A stretch of DNA of 64,000 bases from Cirrosporium novae-zelandiae (Eukaryota), in assembly GCA_026023565.1 (NCBI GenBank), contig JAPETS010000011.1:682001-746000 (forward strand), written 5' to 3'. Below, piece by piece: positions 1 through 12,476 of this stretch. The notes below the pieces were generated by a model. The model was given only the letters and a program-made list of their open reading frames with translations. It ran no database searches and was not told the DNA's origin. A program made the position numbers and the translations under genes. Each line of letters starts with the position of its first letter. The stretch's first letter is position 1.

Positions 1-2121
1 TCTGTGAGCAGCCATCATGACATGCATAAGCTTCTTGATAATGTTGCCTCAGCAGATGATCTCTGGACGAACATATGCTTCCTAGGTCGACTCCGCGCAG
101 CATTTCATACTTTCTTAGCCATGTCTCTTCAGTTCAAGGGCTTTAGGGATGTAAAGATTCATGTCGTGCAAGGTTTTGGGAGGAAAATAAAACCCAAATC
201 AGGTCAATTGAGCTTATCAAGCACCCTCGAGCTTCTTGGCCTTAAAGCGGATCAGCCAACGATCAAAACCTATCTTAATAAGAAAATGTCCTTGGCCAAG
301 GCAACCAACGAGTTTTCAAAATTACAGGCACAAAAGTCGCATTGTCACGCAGAAGTCCAGCTCATTCTTGAACTGGCTAAAAATAATGTACAAAATCCAT
401 TTCCGTACATTGGGTGTAGTAAACGGAGCTGTTGGATGTGCTATGCATTCATAAAAGCATATGGCGATTTTACCACCCGAGGCTGCCACGGACAACTGTA
501 TTCGCGATGGATAGTTCCAGACCATATATCACTCCCAAAACCCATGGTCTCTAGGCTATATGCCACACTGCACCATGTCAAAAGCATGCTCAAACAAGAG
601 CTTATGCATCCGGCATCTCAGCCGAAGAAGCATCTTGTCGAGTCAACGGCAGGACGCACAGAGTCTATGATGATGGTGCCTTCAGAAATTTCAGAGCCAT
701 CGCCCAACAATAGGCTCTTCCAGGGGGAAGCTGCCAAGGCAGGAAACAATCAGACATTGCTCGATATCATACGACAACCTTGGCCAAACAACTCTGGGGA
801 AGTCGATTCCTCAAGCGAATATTACAGTGACCCTCAGACCTCGGCCACTGAGAATGAAAACTACAGTACAATATCAGGACGACGAGCGGATAATATTGAG
901 CCAAGTGGAGGAGAATGCTGCGTTTGCGGGGAGGAAACTACGTATAAGTGTTCGAAGTGTCATAGAGACTGGTTCTGCACCGAAAACTGCGAGGACAATT
1001 CACCCGCCAGTCATTCATTCAGGTGTAACCTTGGGCGACCCTTGGACTCCGCTGACTACCTATATCTTGCTTGCATTCAGGATGAAATGCCTGATGATCC
1101 GCAAACCCTAGTTGATTTTGGCTTTAATCGACTCTACAACTTCATGGAGCGCTCGGCCTTGCTTGGCTTGTATAAGGGATTGTTGCTGTATTCCGACGTC
1201 CCAGCACCTACCCTTCACGACTGGCAGGTAAACGGATCCCTCGTGGAAAATATTACAGACATTTACATGAGGATTCCGGAGAATTGTCGTGGACACTACT
1301 TCCCTTGGTTTTGCAAGAACAAACACATTCTTGATGGGTCGAAGAATGAGGATGAATCCTTGCAAGAGTTTGTTTCAACCTTTTATGATGAGGCAAGACT
1401 GCATCTCCAGGTTGAAGATCGGGACAAGGATCCAACAGCACTACAGCCAGAGGCGAAACGGATTGCTTTTACGTTCTTTGCGTTGACCTTGCATGGAACT
1501 CACCCTTCCCCAGATCAAGAAGAATTATACTATTCATTTGGCTTCTGCACTTCCATCGACGAGAGGAATGAGGATGCGTTAGGCGGCCTCTACCAAGCAC
1601 TTCTGACGGGAAATAAGTTCTGGAAGGAATTTCGAGCATCACCTCATGCCGACCCCATCTACGATTCATTATTCCCCATAACTCCCTGTACTTTCGCCGA
1701 ATTCTGGCAGGCCTTTGAATCCGGGAAGCTGATCCAGCTCATGGATGAAAGGGGGTTACGTGAACAGCGTCAGGATTTTACTGCCCAGGGCCTAGATACA
1801 TTTCTCTCATATCGTCCGGGTGGGGCATGTCCATCGGTATTTACGCTGAAGCATTTTCTCGCTCAGAAAGACACGATCAATGCTCCTGCACCAGTCTTGG
1901 TAGATTATGGCTTTCAGAACTGCAGGACGCATCGTGACAATCTTAGGCTCAAGGAGGTTTACAATCGGCTTTTGAATAAGATGGGTGTGGGCCCGCTGGC
2001 GTTGCATCAGGCCTGCATATCGGGAAAGCTCTTCCAGTTTACGAAGTCATTCATTCCAGATATTGAGCCTCGGTTCGAATTATTGATGCACAACCTATAC
2101 CCTCTGCCGGATTTGGAATGA
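1..2121 (+). CDS. OTT_1508-like nucleic-acid deaminase domain fused to a MYND-type zinc finger and a conserved fungal C-terminal domain (5'-partial)
   Basis: Frame is open from base 1. HAEVQL...PYIGCSKRSCWMC...CHGQLYSRW matches the HxE...SKxxCxxC deaminase motif. CCVC-x7-CSKC-x5-C-x3-C...H-x3-C is MYND-like and is followed by ADYLYLACIQDEMPDDPQTLVDFGF. Confidence 0.8.
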   Translation, partial: SVSSHHDMHKLLDNVASADDLWTNICFLGRLRAAFHTFLAMSLQFKGFRDVKIHVVQGFGRKIKPKSGQLSLSSTLELLGLKADQPTIKTYLNKKMSLAKATNEFSKLQAQKSHCHAEVQLILELAKNNVQNPFPYIGCSKRSCWMCYAFIKAYGDFTTRGCHGQLYSRWIVPDHISLPKPMVSRLYATLHHVKSMLKQELMHPASQPKKHLVESTAGRTESMMMVPSEISEPSPNNRLFQGEAAKAGNNQTLLDIIRQPWPNNSGEVDSSSEYYSDPQTSATENENYSTISGRRADNIEPSGGECCVCGEETTYKCSKCHRDWFCTENCEDNSPASHSFRCNLGRPLDSADYLYLACIQDEMPDDPQTLVDFGFNRLYNFMERSALLGLYKGLLLYSDVPAPTLHDWQVNGSLVENITDIYMRIPENCRGHYFPWFCKNKHILDGSKNEDESLQEFVSTFYDEARLHLQVEDRDKDPTALQPEAKRIAFTFFALTLHGTHPSPDQEELYYSFGFCTSIDERNEDALGGLYQALLTGNKFWKEFRASPHADPIYDSLFPITPCTFAEFWQAFESGKLIQLMDERGLREQRQDFTAQGLDTFLSYRPGGACPSVFTLKHFLAQKDTINAPAPVLVDYGFQNCRTHRDNLRLKEVYNRLLNKMGVGPLALHQACISGKLFQFTKSFIPDIEPRFELLMHNLYPLPDLE

Positions 2122-5100
2122 TAGGACGTTGCTGGTTATCTCTTCAAGGGCTAAGTAAAGGCACTTGAAGCTCTCTAGTTAAAACACGTGCTCCTAAATG
2201 CAAAGATTGGTACCATTTTTACTACCACGTATCTTAACATCTGTAACAATCGGCATCGAACAATCAGGTTTGAGAATCTTTCCGTGTATCTCCCTAGCTG
2301 ACTAATTCACATATTTAGTCAAGGTCTTAGTGCCCATACTCCAATTTTGTTTCCAGGATCTAAATCTAGTTTGTATGACTATACTTAGCTTGAAGTTCTT
2401 AACTCTTCATTCACATGACTCTCCTAACATCCTCCTTATTCTCCGAGAGATGGTGCTTGGCCTCGAAAGAAAGTAGTGGATACAGCGACAAAAAGTCTTG
2501 GGTATTCTAAAACTGCTTTTATTATCAGCTATGGCGGTAACTGACACTGGAAGCATCTCTAATACACGTATGCTCACAGAGGCAGACCCAGGTAGCTTTG
2601 GGAATCACGTTACCCCCTTTGCTGCCTGGAAGGGAACGAAAGGAGAATGGATCACGGACCCTTTAGGCAGCCTAGGCCAATTTCCAACTGTGCCAGGTTA
2701 ATTTGCATTCTTGTTTTCAACCAAGGATTTGTGGTCCAATCTCATGTAGGTGTTCGGCTTTCGTTTTGTATCATTTTCTATGGGCCGAGGAGGCCGTGTC
2801 TTCACCGAGCGAGCAGCCCGAAGCCCCCGAATCAAGTTTGCTGGTCGGATATCCTCAAAGTCAGAGGGTCCAGAAGCGTCGTGACAGATAAAAACGGCTG
2901 CCTAGAGAGAGGACCACGTGTCAAACTTAGTCAACATATTCAACTTCTCCAATGTAAGGTTGAGACTGCCGGTCCATACTCACACTATGTGCCATCTTCC
3001 GGTCCTTAACCCACCACATTAAAGTCCGACCTTTCGAGTCTCACTCTTCCAACCGTGCCAGCTCCCCATACGGAACCCGACGGAACTTATGACAACTCCG
3101 CTTATTGTGAAGCTGTTTATTGGACCCAACGAGCCTTGGTTCTTTACAACGAAGAGAAATTCACTGGTTGTATCGTAACGGAAATAGGCCTCGAAGAAAC
3201 CGGAAGTACAGTACAACCAACAGAGGGTCGGTAGGTTGTTCGGGCAGAACGGATGTGCACCATTGAAGTTTGGTGAGAAGGGATTCGGCATATTTGCTAG
3301 GACGAAGTACAAAGGTGAAGAAAGAATGGTGGGTTTCGCATGCGGTGCATGGAGGGACGAAACTCAGAATTGAGAATGCAGGGGACCAGAAGTATATTAA
3401 TTAGGTCAGCATTGACCCTTCTTAATTCCAAAATAGTGGGGGTTTCTGATATCAGATTTCTGGGTAGCGGACAGGTAATCACTATCTCTCAATCAGTCAA
3501 GATAAGTAGATATAGCAAGGTAGAAAAAAGAAGGGGATTAGATTGTCCAGCCAAACTTGTGTCAGAAAATATTCCAAAATTGCATAATTGAGTAAATCTG
3601 TGTATTGCACATTGCAGTAAAAATTACAGAGTGTTTTGTTTTGTTGCTATCGGTAGTACAAGCTGAAAAACAAACAGGAGGGGGGGGGACACTGATGTCG
3701 TCACGTCGGGTCTTGACAGCTGGCTGTACAAAAAGGACCCATGCATGTGCAATGTTACCTATCCACTCTAAATACTTAGAGCAATTCCCTCAAACAAATG
3801 ATAATCAGACCTCAAAAACAAATGACCCGATGTGGATGTGGATGTGGATGTGGATGTAGATGAGAGTACGGCTTCTTAGAATTCGTCCTACCATAACCAG
3901 AAAAATAGTCAGCCCTACTGCAGGCACTTTTAAGCCATGATTGTAGTGTGTAAGAATATATGTCCATTTCAAGCTGTGAGCTGCCACAAGATACTGCTGA
4001 CCGCTCTGAGAGGATTTACCCGAGTTCTCGTTGGTTGGAAAGCAGTGGTTGTGATGAGGATTATGGTTGGAGGTTGTTGGAAAGCATCACAGGGCTATGT
4101 TGAGATACGTTGCGTTGAATGTATGGAGATGCAGGTCAACGGCCGAAGCTGAACGTGCTAATGTCAGACCATTTTAATTTCTGTCGTACTGCCCAGGAAG
4201 AATGGTTGGGATTAATTATAAAATATCCACCATGGCCCGTCTATACGCATCAGCTCTTTCAGACTACAAAAAACACAAATCTTCTCAACTACCTAGGTAC
4301 TCTAAGTATCACTTCCACAACTATCTCCCAACAGCCAATTTAATCTACCATCTACCACCTATCATTTTCCTAAGAGAGTTACCGTCGACAAGATGAACGG
4401 AGAATCACCTCAATTTCCCATCTTCTCTCCTCCATTCCACGGCAGCATCTCTCGATCTACCTGAGCTGCTAGTTCTCATTAAGGTTGTTTACCTGAACCT
4501 CGTGACCCTTGTTAGGTAGCTATTCCTCGAAGACTATACATGTGTTTATTTTCTGTTGGCTTATACTTCAGTTAGCTGATGCATAACAGCATCATAGTGG
4601 AGTCGCAAAAAAAAAAGAATTATTGTTTCCCACCGAGACCACGCCCATGTCATACCCCAGAGACTGAATATTTTGGAGCGGATGATGAGACGGCAGTTTG
4701 AACATGTTGGGCAGCAGTGAAATGTTGGATATCATTTTTTATCGTTGGATCTGTATTATTATTAATGAGCGAGGGACGGATACATCATAATAAGGGGTGA
4801 TTAGGAACCGCCTTTCAATAATTAAAAAAGAGCTTGTTGACATTTTCGCTCCAGCTTTTTGCTTTCTTTTTATTTAGTTATCTACTAGTCGATTTCAGGA
4901 GGCCAAGGCCTTGAGTGGTTATACCAAAAATGGCATTGGTGTAGAAGCCAACTAAAATATTCCATGCATTAGCGTCGATATCTCCACCCATCATGATGGA
5001 GAGAACAGGTGAACCCTTCACCAGTCAGATACTTGAAACAACAAAGAAGCATTGAAAGAAGTGCATCATGAATATTCCAAACAACGGAATTCAAGGTCAT

Positions 5101-5351
5101 TGTTGATGTCATTGTCCACATGATTATCCATGAACACTCCTAAACAAAGGAACTCAAGAGCTTGTTCAAGTCGTTGTTCAAGCCATTGTTCATACTATTG
5201 TTCCTACTCTCGTTGATTTTAGCATTTTCCATTGTCTCCCATTGTTAAGATAATAGGGCAAAACAATATATAAACCCTCTTACCCGCTTCCAAAGATGAG
5301 CATCATTCTCTACACCAACAGCTCCACACCAACAATATCACAACCACAAAA

Positions 5352-5603
5352 ATGTGCAACGTCTGCAAACTGTTCAAAGGATCCCCCTGCCTGGCTGCAG
5401 AGGCTGCTTCCTACCCCGATGGCTTCCCCCTCCCCCCACCCGAGTCCGCCCCCATCCGCGAGCGAAGAGGTTCCCTTTGGTGGTCGTGCTGCAAGTGCGA
5501 CACCCAAAACAAATTTAGGCGCGATGGGTACAGGTGCAAGAAGAAGAGCTGCAGGCACGATACCAGGCACTGCAGGGATTGCTTCAGCTATTCCGAAGAT
5601 TAA
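5352..5603 (+). CDS. Small (83 aa) Cys-rich, putative zinc-ribbon protein
   Basis: TATATAAA at 5267 and good start context CACAAAAATG. Motif WSCCKC..N......C....C.H...HCRDC. AT-rich 3' flank; no signal peptide. Confidence 0.6.
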   Translation: MCNVCKLFKGSPCLAAEAASYPDGFPLPPPESAPIRERRGSLWWSCCKCDTQNKFRRDGYRCKKKSCRHDTRHCRDCFSYSED

Positions 5604-6333
5604 AATACCAAAAAAATGTCTGGAGTTAGGAGTTAGGATACATATATAAGATAAGGTAAGTAAATAAATATTTTGAAATTTGAAGTTCTTATAACTCTCC
5701 CATTTCCCTGTAGAACTATTGGAACTCCATTGGAGTATCAATACACGTGTAAAAGTTTCCAACCATATAACAAGACCTATTAGTGTTGGTATCAAGCAAT
5801 GAATATCCTTCAGAGGTCCTCGGCTGAGAAGTTAAAATATCCTAATGAATAATAACCCTACAAGCCCTCCGACAACTCCACTGTTGTTTATCTATGCTTT
5901 AATTATAATAAAGTGGAAATTGTGGGGAGATAATCTAGTAATGCGAATATTGATGCCTCAGGAACCAACAGGTCGATCTGATAAGTTAACTAGCCGCTTG
6001 CCCTGATCAACTTCATCCAAGGATCCACAAGCTTCCAATTGATATTTATTCTTGGCATTTTAAAATAATCAGAAACGTGTCTACCACATATATTATGCAG
6101 AATAACACTTCTGTTTACTACGATCTTGCTCGGCCGAAGCTCAATTCACCGAGCAATAAGCCGAAAACGCAAAATCGAAAGTGGGAAGTGGGATATGACT
6201 AAGGATATGGTTGCCTTGAGCTATCCTAACGCTATTTTGCATCTGCAGTTCGTCGCAATTGTCTATATTCATCTCAAGGCATTTTTCAGGTTTAAGTCTA
6301 GTTTTCAATTATAATATTTTGCCTCTTTCATCC

Positions 6334-8872
6334 ATGGATTTACCGTCAACCCCAGATACATCCAAATCTCCAGATACTCTTCCATCTGAGATAACGCGGC
6401 CCGCTAAGAAGCGACGAAGACCAGCACTTTCTTGTGTAATATGTCGAGACAGAAAGGTTAAATGCGACCGTGCAATTCCTTGTGCACGATGTACCAAAGC
6501 AGGTTACGCAAATCTCTGTGCCTATAGTGAAATTTCTTCAAAAAGAGCAAAACCCAGCTTACGACCTGGTCGACCTAGCCAGGATCTGACAACTCTCGCT
6601 GGTGATGCAAGTTTTACATTTCCTCCGAATCTCTTAACTGAAACCTGTGATAATACACGTACCCATGTTTATGGGATAAACCCAAACAATCCAATCCAAA
6701 AGCATCTCCCTCCTGATATCTCGCCGACCGAGTTATTGGCCTTAAACTTGCAGTATCCTGATTTGGGTGATAGTCATGACCGAGAAGTAATGGCAGAGAC
6801 AATATTTTTCAAGGGAATAGACTCACAGACGAGATTTTCTGGTCATAGCTGTCCGAAGAACTTTTATTCTCGGGTAATGGCTCTTCCAAATTTTGCTTAA
6901 GCTGGTGGCTGATAGTTGCAGTTTGAGGATCTTCGGCGATATATTCGAGAGACCAAAACACAGAATCCTTCTATGAATAGATTACGTGATGATGTCAAGG
7001 GCTTAAAAGCAAGATACCCCATAGAACCTCGGAAGGAGGTGAACTTGGATAAACTTTCATTACAACAACTCCTACCTAATCGAGCCATTGCCGATGAACT
7101 GATTGAAATATACCTTGATAAGATCGAGTTAAGGCGCCGTCTATTTCACATCCCAACTTTTCGCAGAGAGTACTGTAAGTTCTGGGAGAAGCCCCAGAAT
7201 GTAGCCCCTACATTTCTAGCACAATTATTATTGATGATGTCAACGGTCTTGGTTCACCGGGAGTATGGCCTGTCTGGCATTATGGGAAAGACTCATTTAG
7301 CTCGGGAAGTTGCTGCCAAATGGATACAGGCTACGGAGTCTTGGCTGAAAATACAGAGCTTACAAAACCCCTTTCTCCAGGAACTCGATATGAACATGAT
7401 AATCATTCATTGCCTGTTGATAATTTCCAGAGAAGCCAACGCCATAGGTAAGTGCCAAATATGGACGAGCACCGGAGCAGTGGTAAAATTCGCCATGTCT
7501 GCTGGATATCACAGAGAGCCCCTTCGAAATGCAAAGATTTCTCAATTCCGCCGTGAAATGCGAAGACGAATTTGGGCAACAATAGTGGAGCTGGACTTGC
7601 AAGCGTCCATAGATCGTGGTATGCCTCCTTCAATCAGAGTGGGCGACTTTGACACCCGGCCACCTCTTAACATCAACGATGATGAGATTGACGAGTCAAC
7701 TGGGGAATTACCTATACCTGAACCTTTGGACAACCCTACAGACTCTTCTTACCAGATATTACTATTGCAGTCTCTTTGTCTACGATTGAGGATATGTACC
7801 CTAATCAACTCGATAAATCCCCAAGTCTCCTATGAGAATATTCTTATTCTTGATGAAGAGATAAGGAAAGCTTTGAAGAATATCCCAACCTGGTCCGAGA
7901 GCAATGCTGATGACCTTAAGAGTCGACAGATGTTCTTGCTGAAACCTCTTCTAGACTTGACCCTGCGTCAGTATTTCCTCGTTCTCCATACGCCATTCGC
8001 TTCAAAGGAGATTGCCAGATTCTCTCACTCACGACGGGTATGTTTGGAGACGGCCACAAGCATGCTGTGCCAATATACATCTATTCTAGAATCGGGCAAC
8101 ATTATATGCGATTCTTTGCACAATGATGCTTTTCGGTCTGGTGTAACCATTTGTCGGGAACTATATTTAAGTGGTGATGGGGATTATGGTATGACATACT
8201 CTTATCATATTATGTCGCGGAGAAGAACTCAAACTTACGTCCTTTACATAGGATCTAGTATCGTCGTTCACGTAATCCCATCATTAGCCTCATCTCTACT
8301 ATCTCTTGTTGATAAGGCCCTTAACTTTCTTGAGAAGAGAGTATACAGTTTAGGGAAAAGCTTCAGCGAATACTATCTTCTAGCAATGGTTCTTGCATTG
8401 GTGAAGACAAAACTCTGGCCACAGTCCAAGGATATTGCTCGAAACGAAGCTGTTGATCTAGTCGTCAAGACTGGATACAAAGTTTATTCGTTTCGGGTAC
8501 TAGCTTTAGAGAACTCTCAGGGAAACAATGAAGTAAGTTCGGTAATAGATTGCTACAACTTCAGTAGCCAATTAACTGATTTTATATCTAGTTGGTACAA
8601 GAGTTACTAGGCATAGAGCCTTCACAATGTGCCCCCGTATCCATGAAGAAGGATGTAACATCAGAATTCAAAGATGTCCCACAGAATGATTTCACAGACA
8701 CAGAGTTTCCAGTAAGAATTTGAAATCCAGTTTCGATAGACTTTAGGGAGTCAGAGAAGAATAGAGCTAATGTATCCTTGGTAAGGTATCTGATGATCTC
8801 AGTATCTTGATGGAAGAATTCAATTCCGAGATTTTTGGTTCTTGGACCGAGGATGATACGTTTCATTTCTGA
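6334..8872 (+). CDS. Zn(II)2Cys6 fungal transcription factor with Fungal_trans domain (multi-exon)
   Basis: RRRPALSCVICRDRKVKCDRAIPCARCTKAGYANLC binuclear cluster and GYHREP...EMRRRIWATI middle region. GT-AG introns near 6874-6920, ~8190-8250, 8533-8591 and 8713-8786; stop TGA at 8870-8872. Confidence 0.9.
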
Positions 8873-9983
8873 ATCTTGATATTTGCAATCCCTCCTACCT
8901 ACAAGACTTAGCACAGAGAACTTCTACCACAGAGTTGCTCAAGCGCGAATACAGCATTAGTTCGCTCATTGTCACTCCCTGGACGGTCAAAATATGATTT
9001 CTGCTATTGTCATTCCTTCGTCGCTGTTCAAGACTCAACTTGCTAGAACATATTAGTATCTTGACTGTAAGTGTCATTCAGACTTATCAATTGAGAAACA
9101 AGAACTGGTTAATAATTTGTTAGTTATATCTTTTTAGGCCCAACAACTACTTAGCCACTAACAGCGACATTGGCACCTTATTCAGGATCTACAACTAGTA
9201 CAACATTCATGCCATAGATTACTTTAGAGATTTTCATGCTTTAGACCATCCTAAGGTCCCACAGATTGTTCCAAGAAACAATTCCGATACAGTTGAAAAT
9301 ATAAATTTGGTTTCTTGTATATAGTTCATGTCGAACACCTACTAGGTAAGCGTGTTGAAATGTTTCGCAATGAAAATTATAATCTGAACGGCTATAAAAT
9401 TAGAGGGGACAGTAATGGAATCTGAAGGGTCATGTCTGCTTTGTTCCAGCCAAAACAATATTTCTAACAACTATCCAACAGTCACATTAAATTGCGATTA
9501 CTAGTATTTCCCGAGAAGTGTAGTTGGTAACGGTGAGGACGTAACACGGAAACCTGTACCGGAGAGTAAATCGAGAGTAAATCCAACTATATAAATGTCA
9601 AATCACTTGGGTAGTTTAGATGAATAGGTAGGTATAATTAACATGCGACTTTGATGTTTGAAACCATACAAGAGAGAAAGAGCCTTTCAGAAGCCAACTT
9701 TTCTCGTAGAGAAATCCCCAACACTTCCGGATGTAAAAGGCCAGGTCATTGGCAATTAAACGATAGCTACCCTCCAAGATAATTTCTTTCAAGCGTCTCA
9801 AGCTGCCCGAGTTAGCCTAGTATCGCCTATCCTCCCCAGTTCGAATATAATCTTGCCTATAGCATCTACCGACAAGAGAAGCTCTTCGCAAAGCGCCACC
9901 ATAGACCAATCTCGAGGAGCCGCAGAGTATATTCCAGGTATATCACTACTATCACACATCTCTTGTACACAACCGTCGCCGCC

Positions 9984-10302
9984 TCAATCCTGCACCTCGG
10001 GTGGTTTCCCAACCGGCTGAATCATCTTTTCCAAGAACCTCAACCTAGTCTTTTCTTTACTCTCGCCCATTCCCAAGGCCATGTAACTCAGCAGCGGTGG
10101 ATGTCCGATGTAGCTCGCGTTGCTGTCGCGCGCGATGTTGGAGGTCCATTCGAACTTGGTGGTGTCTGCGTGACCGGTGCCGACGTAGCGAGCTTGGAGT
10201 TGCTCGAGCTGTTGTTGCGTACGGAGTTTGTCGGCCTATGGGGGTGGTGGCGTGGTTAGTATAAATATGTATGAAGAAGTAGATAGGGGGGAAGCTTACC
10301 AT
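9984..10302 (-). CDS. YSF3: Splicing factor 3B subunit 5 (SF3b10/Ysf3)
   Basis: ATG-only first coding exon, then intron 10299-10236 (GTAAGC...CTAAC...TAG). Spliced product: MADKLRTQQQLEQLQARYVGTGHADTTKFEWTSNIARDSNASYIGHPPLLSYMALGMGESKEKTRLRFLEKMIQPVGKPPEVQD. Confidence 0.95.
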
Positions 10303-10530
10303 GGCTGAGGAGGTGGGGTGTGTGATGGATAGAGGATACGAATTGGCAGTGGAGAGTGGAAGAAAGCTGAATGTTTACGCTACGATTAAAGGTGTGGAGA
10401 TAATTGCCATCGGGCTTCTGAAACTGTCTCGGCCGAAATAATTCAACATCCCCCATTTCTCTATCCTTATTTATAGCTATTCCTTATACAGCTAATAGTC
10501 TTATCAGTCGCGTATATCAAGGGAAACATA

Positions 10531-12476
10531 ATGTCATTATGCTCGACTTGCCGCAGCATCGATATACAATCTATCCTAGAACAGGAACATGCACACCCAT
10601 TCCCCCATCACAGGGATATCATTGCTTTGAAGCAGTCTGCTAAGAGTTGCGTTCTATGCAAACTGATTGTGGAGACTCTCCCATTTGATAAAAATGACGA
10701 GCTTGAAGTACCTCCCAATATCTCTAATGATGATCTACCTCCAACAGGAACTGGAGTCTGGTACATAGGTTATCGAGCCACGGAATATATACATGCACCA
10801 AGTACTCTTCACGGGATAGACTTCAATTGGTGGGGGAGACAAGCAATCTTGAGTCTCTATGCTAATGAAGGTTGGTTGTCGCAAATGGATCCTAGATGTG
10901 TATATCTATCTATTGATCATTTCCAGATAGTCCAGCAGCTCTATCAAAAGATGTTTCGGGGTGCCAAGTGAAGAATGCAGAAGATATTAATCTGGCATCG
11001 CGATGGCTAAAAGATTGCATTCAGAATCATCAGAACTGCAAATTCAAACCGTTACGCCATGTTGTACCCACAAGACTCATTAATGTTGGATCTATCAAAG
11101 GAGGCCAGGAACCATTTCTCTGCAGCCCTAAACAGGATGACTGTTCATACGTCTCACTAAGTCACTGTTGGGGAGGTTTAGGTGTCATTCGAACGACGAC
11201 CTCAACGCTAAAGGGACATCTTCGCGTAGTCCCTATGCAAGAACTTCCAAAAACATTCCATGATGCCATAATTATCACCCGCAACTTGGGCATCCAATAT
11301 CTTTGGATAGATTTATTATGCATTATCCAAGATGATACTGAAGACTGGGAGCGAGAATCAGCGAAGATGGCCGGCATTTATATGAATTCTATTGTCACTA
11401 TTGCAGCATCCTCTTCCTCCAACAGCCAATCTGGATGTTTCAGTGTCCACCCTAGTTACCCAGTTGTTCCATTGGAATACTACTCTTCAAGAGGGCGTCT
11501 TGCTGGTCAAGTCTTTCTAACCAAAATGCGAAAGATCTTCGATGAGGCTGTAAATAGCGGGCCTTTAAACAAACGCGCTTGGGTATGCCAAGAAAGGTTT
11601 CTTTCTAGGCGTATCCTACACTACACTGAAGAACAGATCCATTGGGAGTGTCAGGAAGTAACTTTGAGTGAAAATGGTGTTACTGTTCATAGGAACGCCC
11701 GACTTAAGAGCAACTCTTCTCTTGGTAGGAACACTCTTTCAGCCGTAGATAGTCACACGGGATCTCTTTATTGGGACTGGTATGAAATGCTTTCGGACTA
11801 TACACGGCGAGGGTTGACAAATCCCGAAGACAAGTTACCAGCCCTGTCGGGACTGGCATATAATTTTTCCGTCCAAACTAGAGATCGATATGTCGCAGGA
11901 TTATGGAAAGCGCATTTGACAGACGGATTGCTTTGGCAAGCTGCTCGTTCTGACAACGCCTACCTTAGTCGCCCAGAAAAGTACCGCGCTCCATCATGGT
12001 CTTGGGCATCCCTTGATGGTTGCATCTCATATTTCAACTTAGCTACACGGAACATTCTCATACCTACATATCGCGATGCCCAGGTCGACGTTTTCCCATC
12101 TGGCCTTGACCCTTACGGAAAGCTTAAACAGGGTTCTCTCACACTAACTACGCAATTGAAAGAAATACAATTAGATATGTATGAAGTCCCAGTCTCATTC
12201 AGCACAGCACATTCTTCCTTTACCCCAGTGTTCCATCAATTTTGGCAAGGAGACAAATTCGTGGGTATTGCTTGGTTTGACGAGAAGCCTTGGACTGCAA
12301 CCACCCCTCTGTACAGTGCTTCAATTACATCTAGCCACGTCCTCTTCCTTGAGGCCGTGGACGATGATCAGACATACCGCAGGGTTGGTGTTGGAGAGAT
12401 GTATACCTTGAAGGAGGATACCTCGAAGGTTTCTTGGCTCGATGGTATGCCTTTTACTAGAATTACAATCATCTGA
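10531..12476 (+). CDS. HET-domain (heterokaryon incompatibility family) protein
   Basis: Motifs WLKDCIQNHQNC, PTRLINV, YVSLSHCWG, LPKTFHDAI..TR.LG.QYLWID.LCIIQDD..DWERES..M..IY, RAWVCQERFLS, DKLPALSGLA and YRAPSWSWAS. One intron at ~10871-10926 joins the two ORFs. Confidence 0.93.

Noticed and set aside
2498..3482. Gene-like fragments, including a DSKGRTLMWW ankyrin-like stretch on minus
   Set aside because: Frames are broken and similarity is too weak to name a family.
4393..4701. Possible small two-exon gene relic
   Set aside because: Stops and a frameshift, with no recognisable product.
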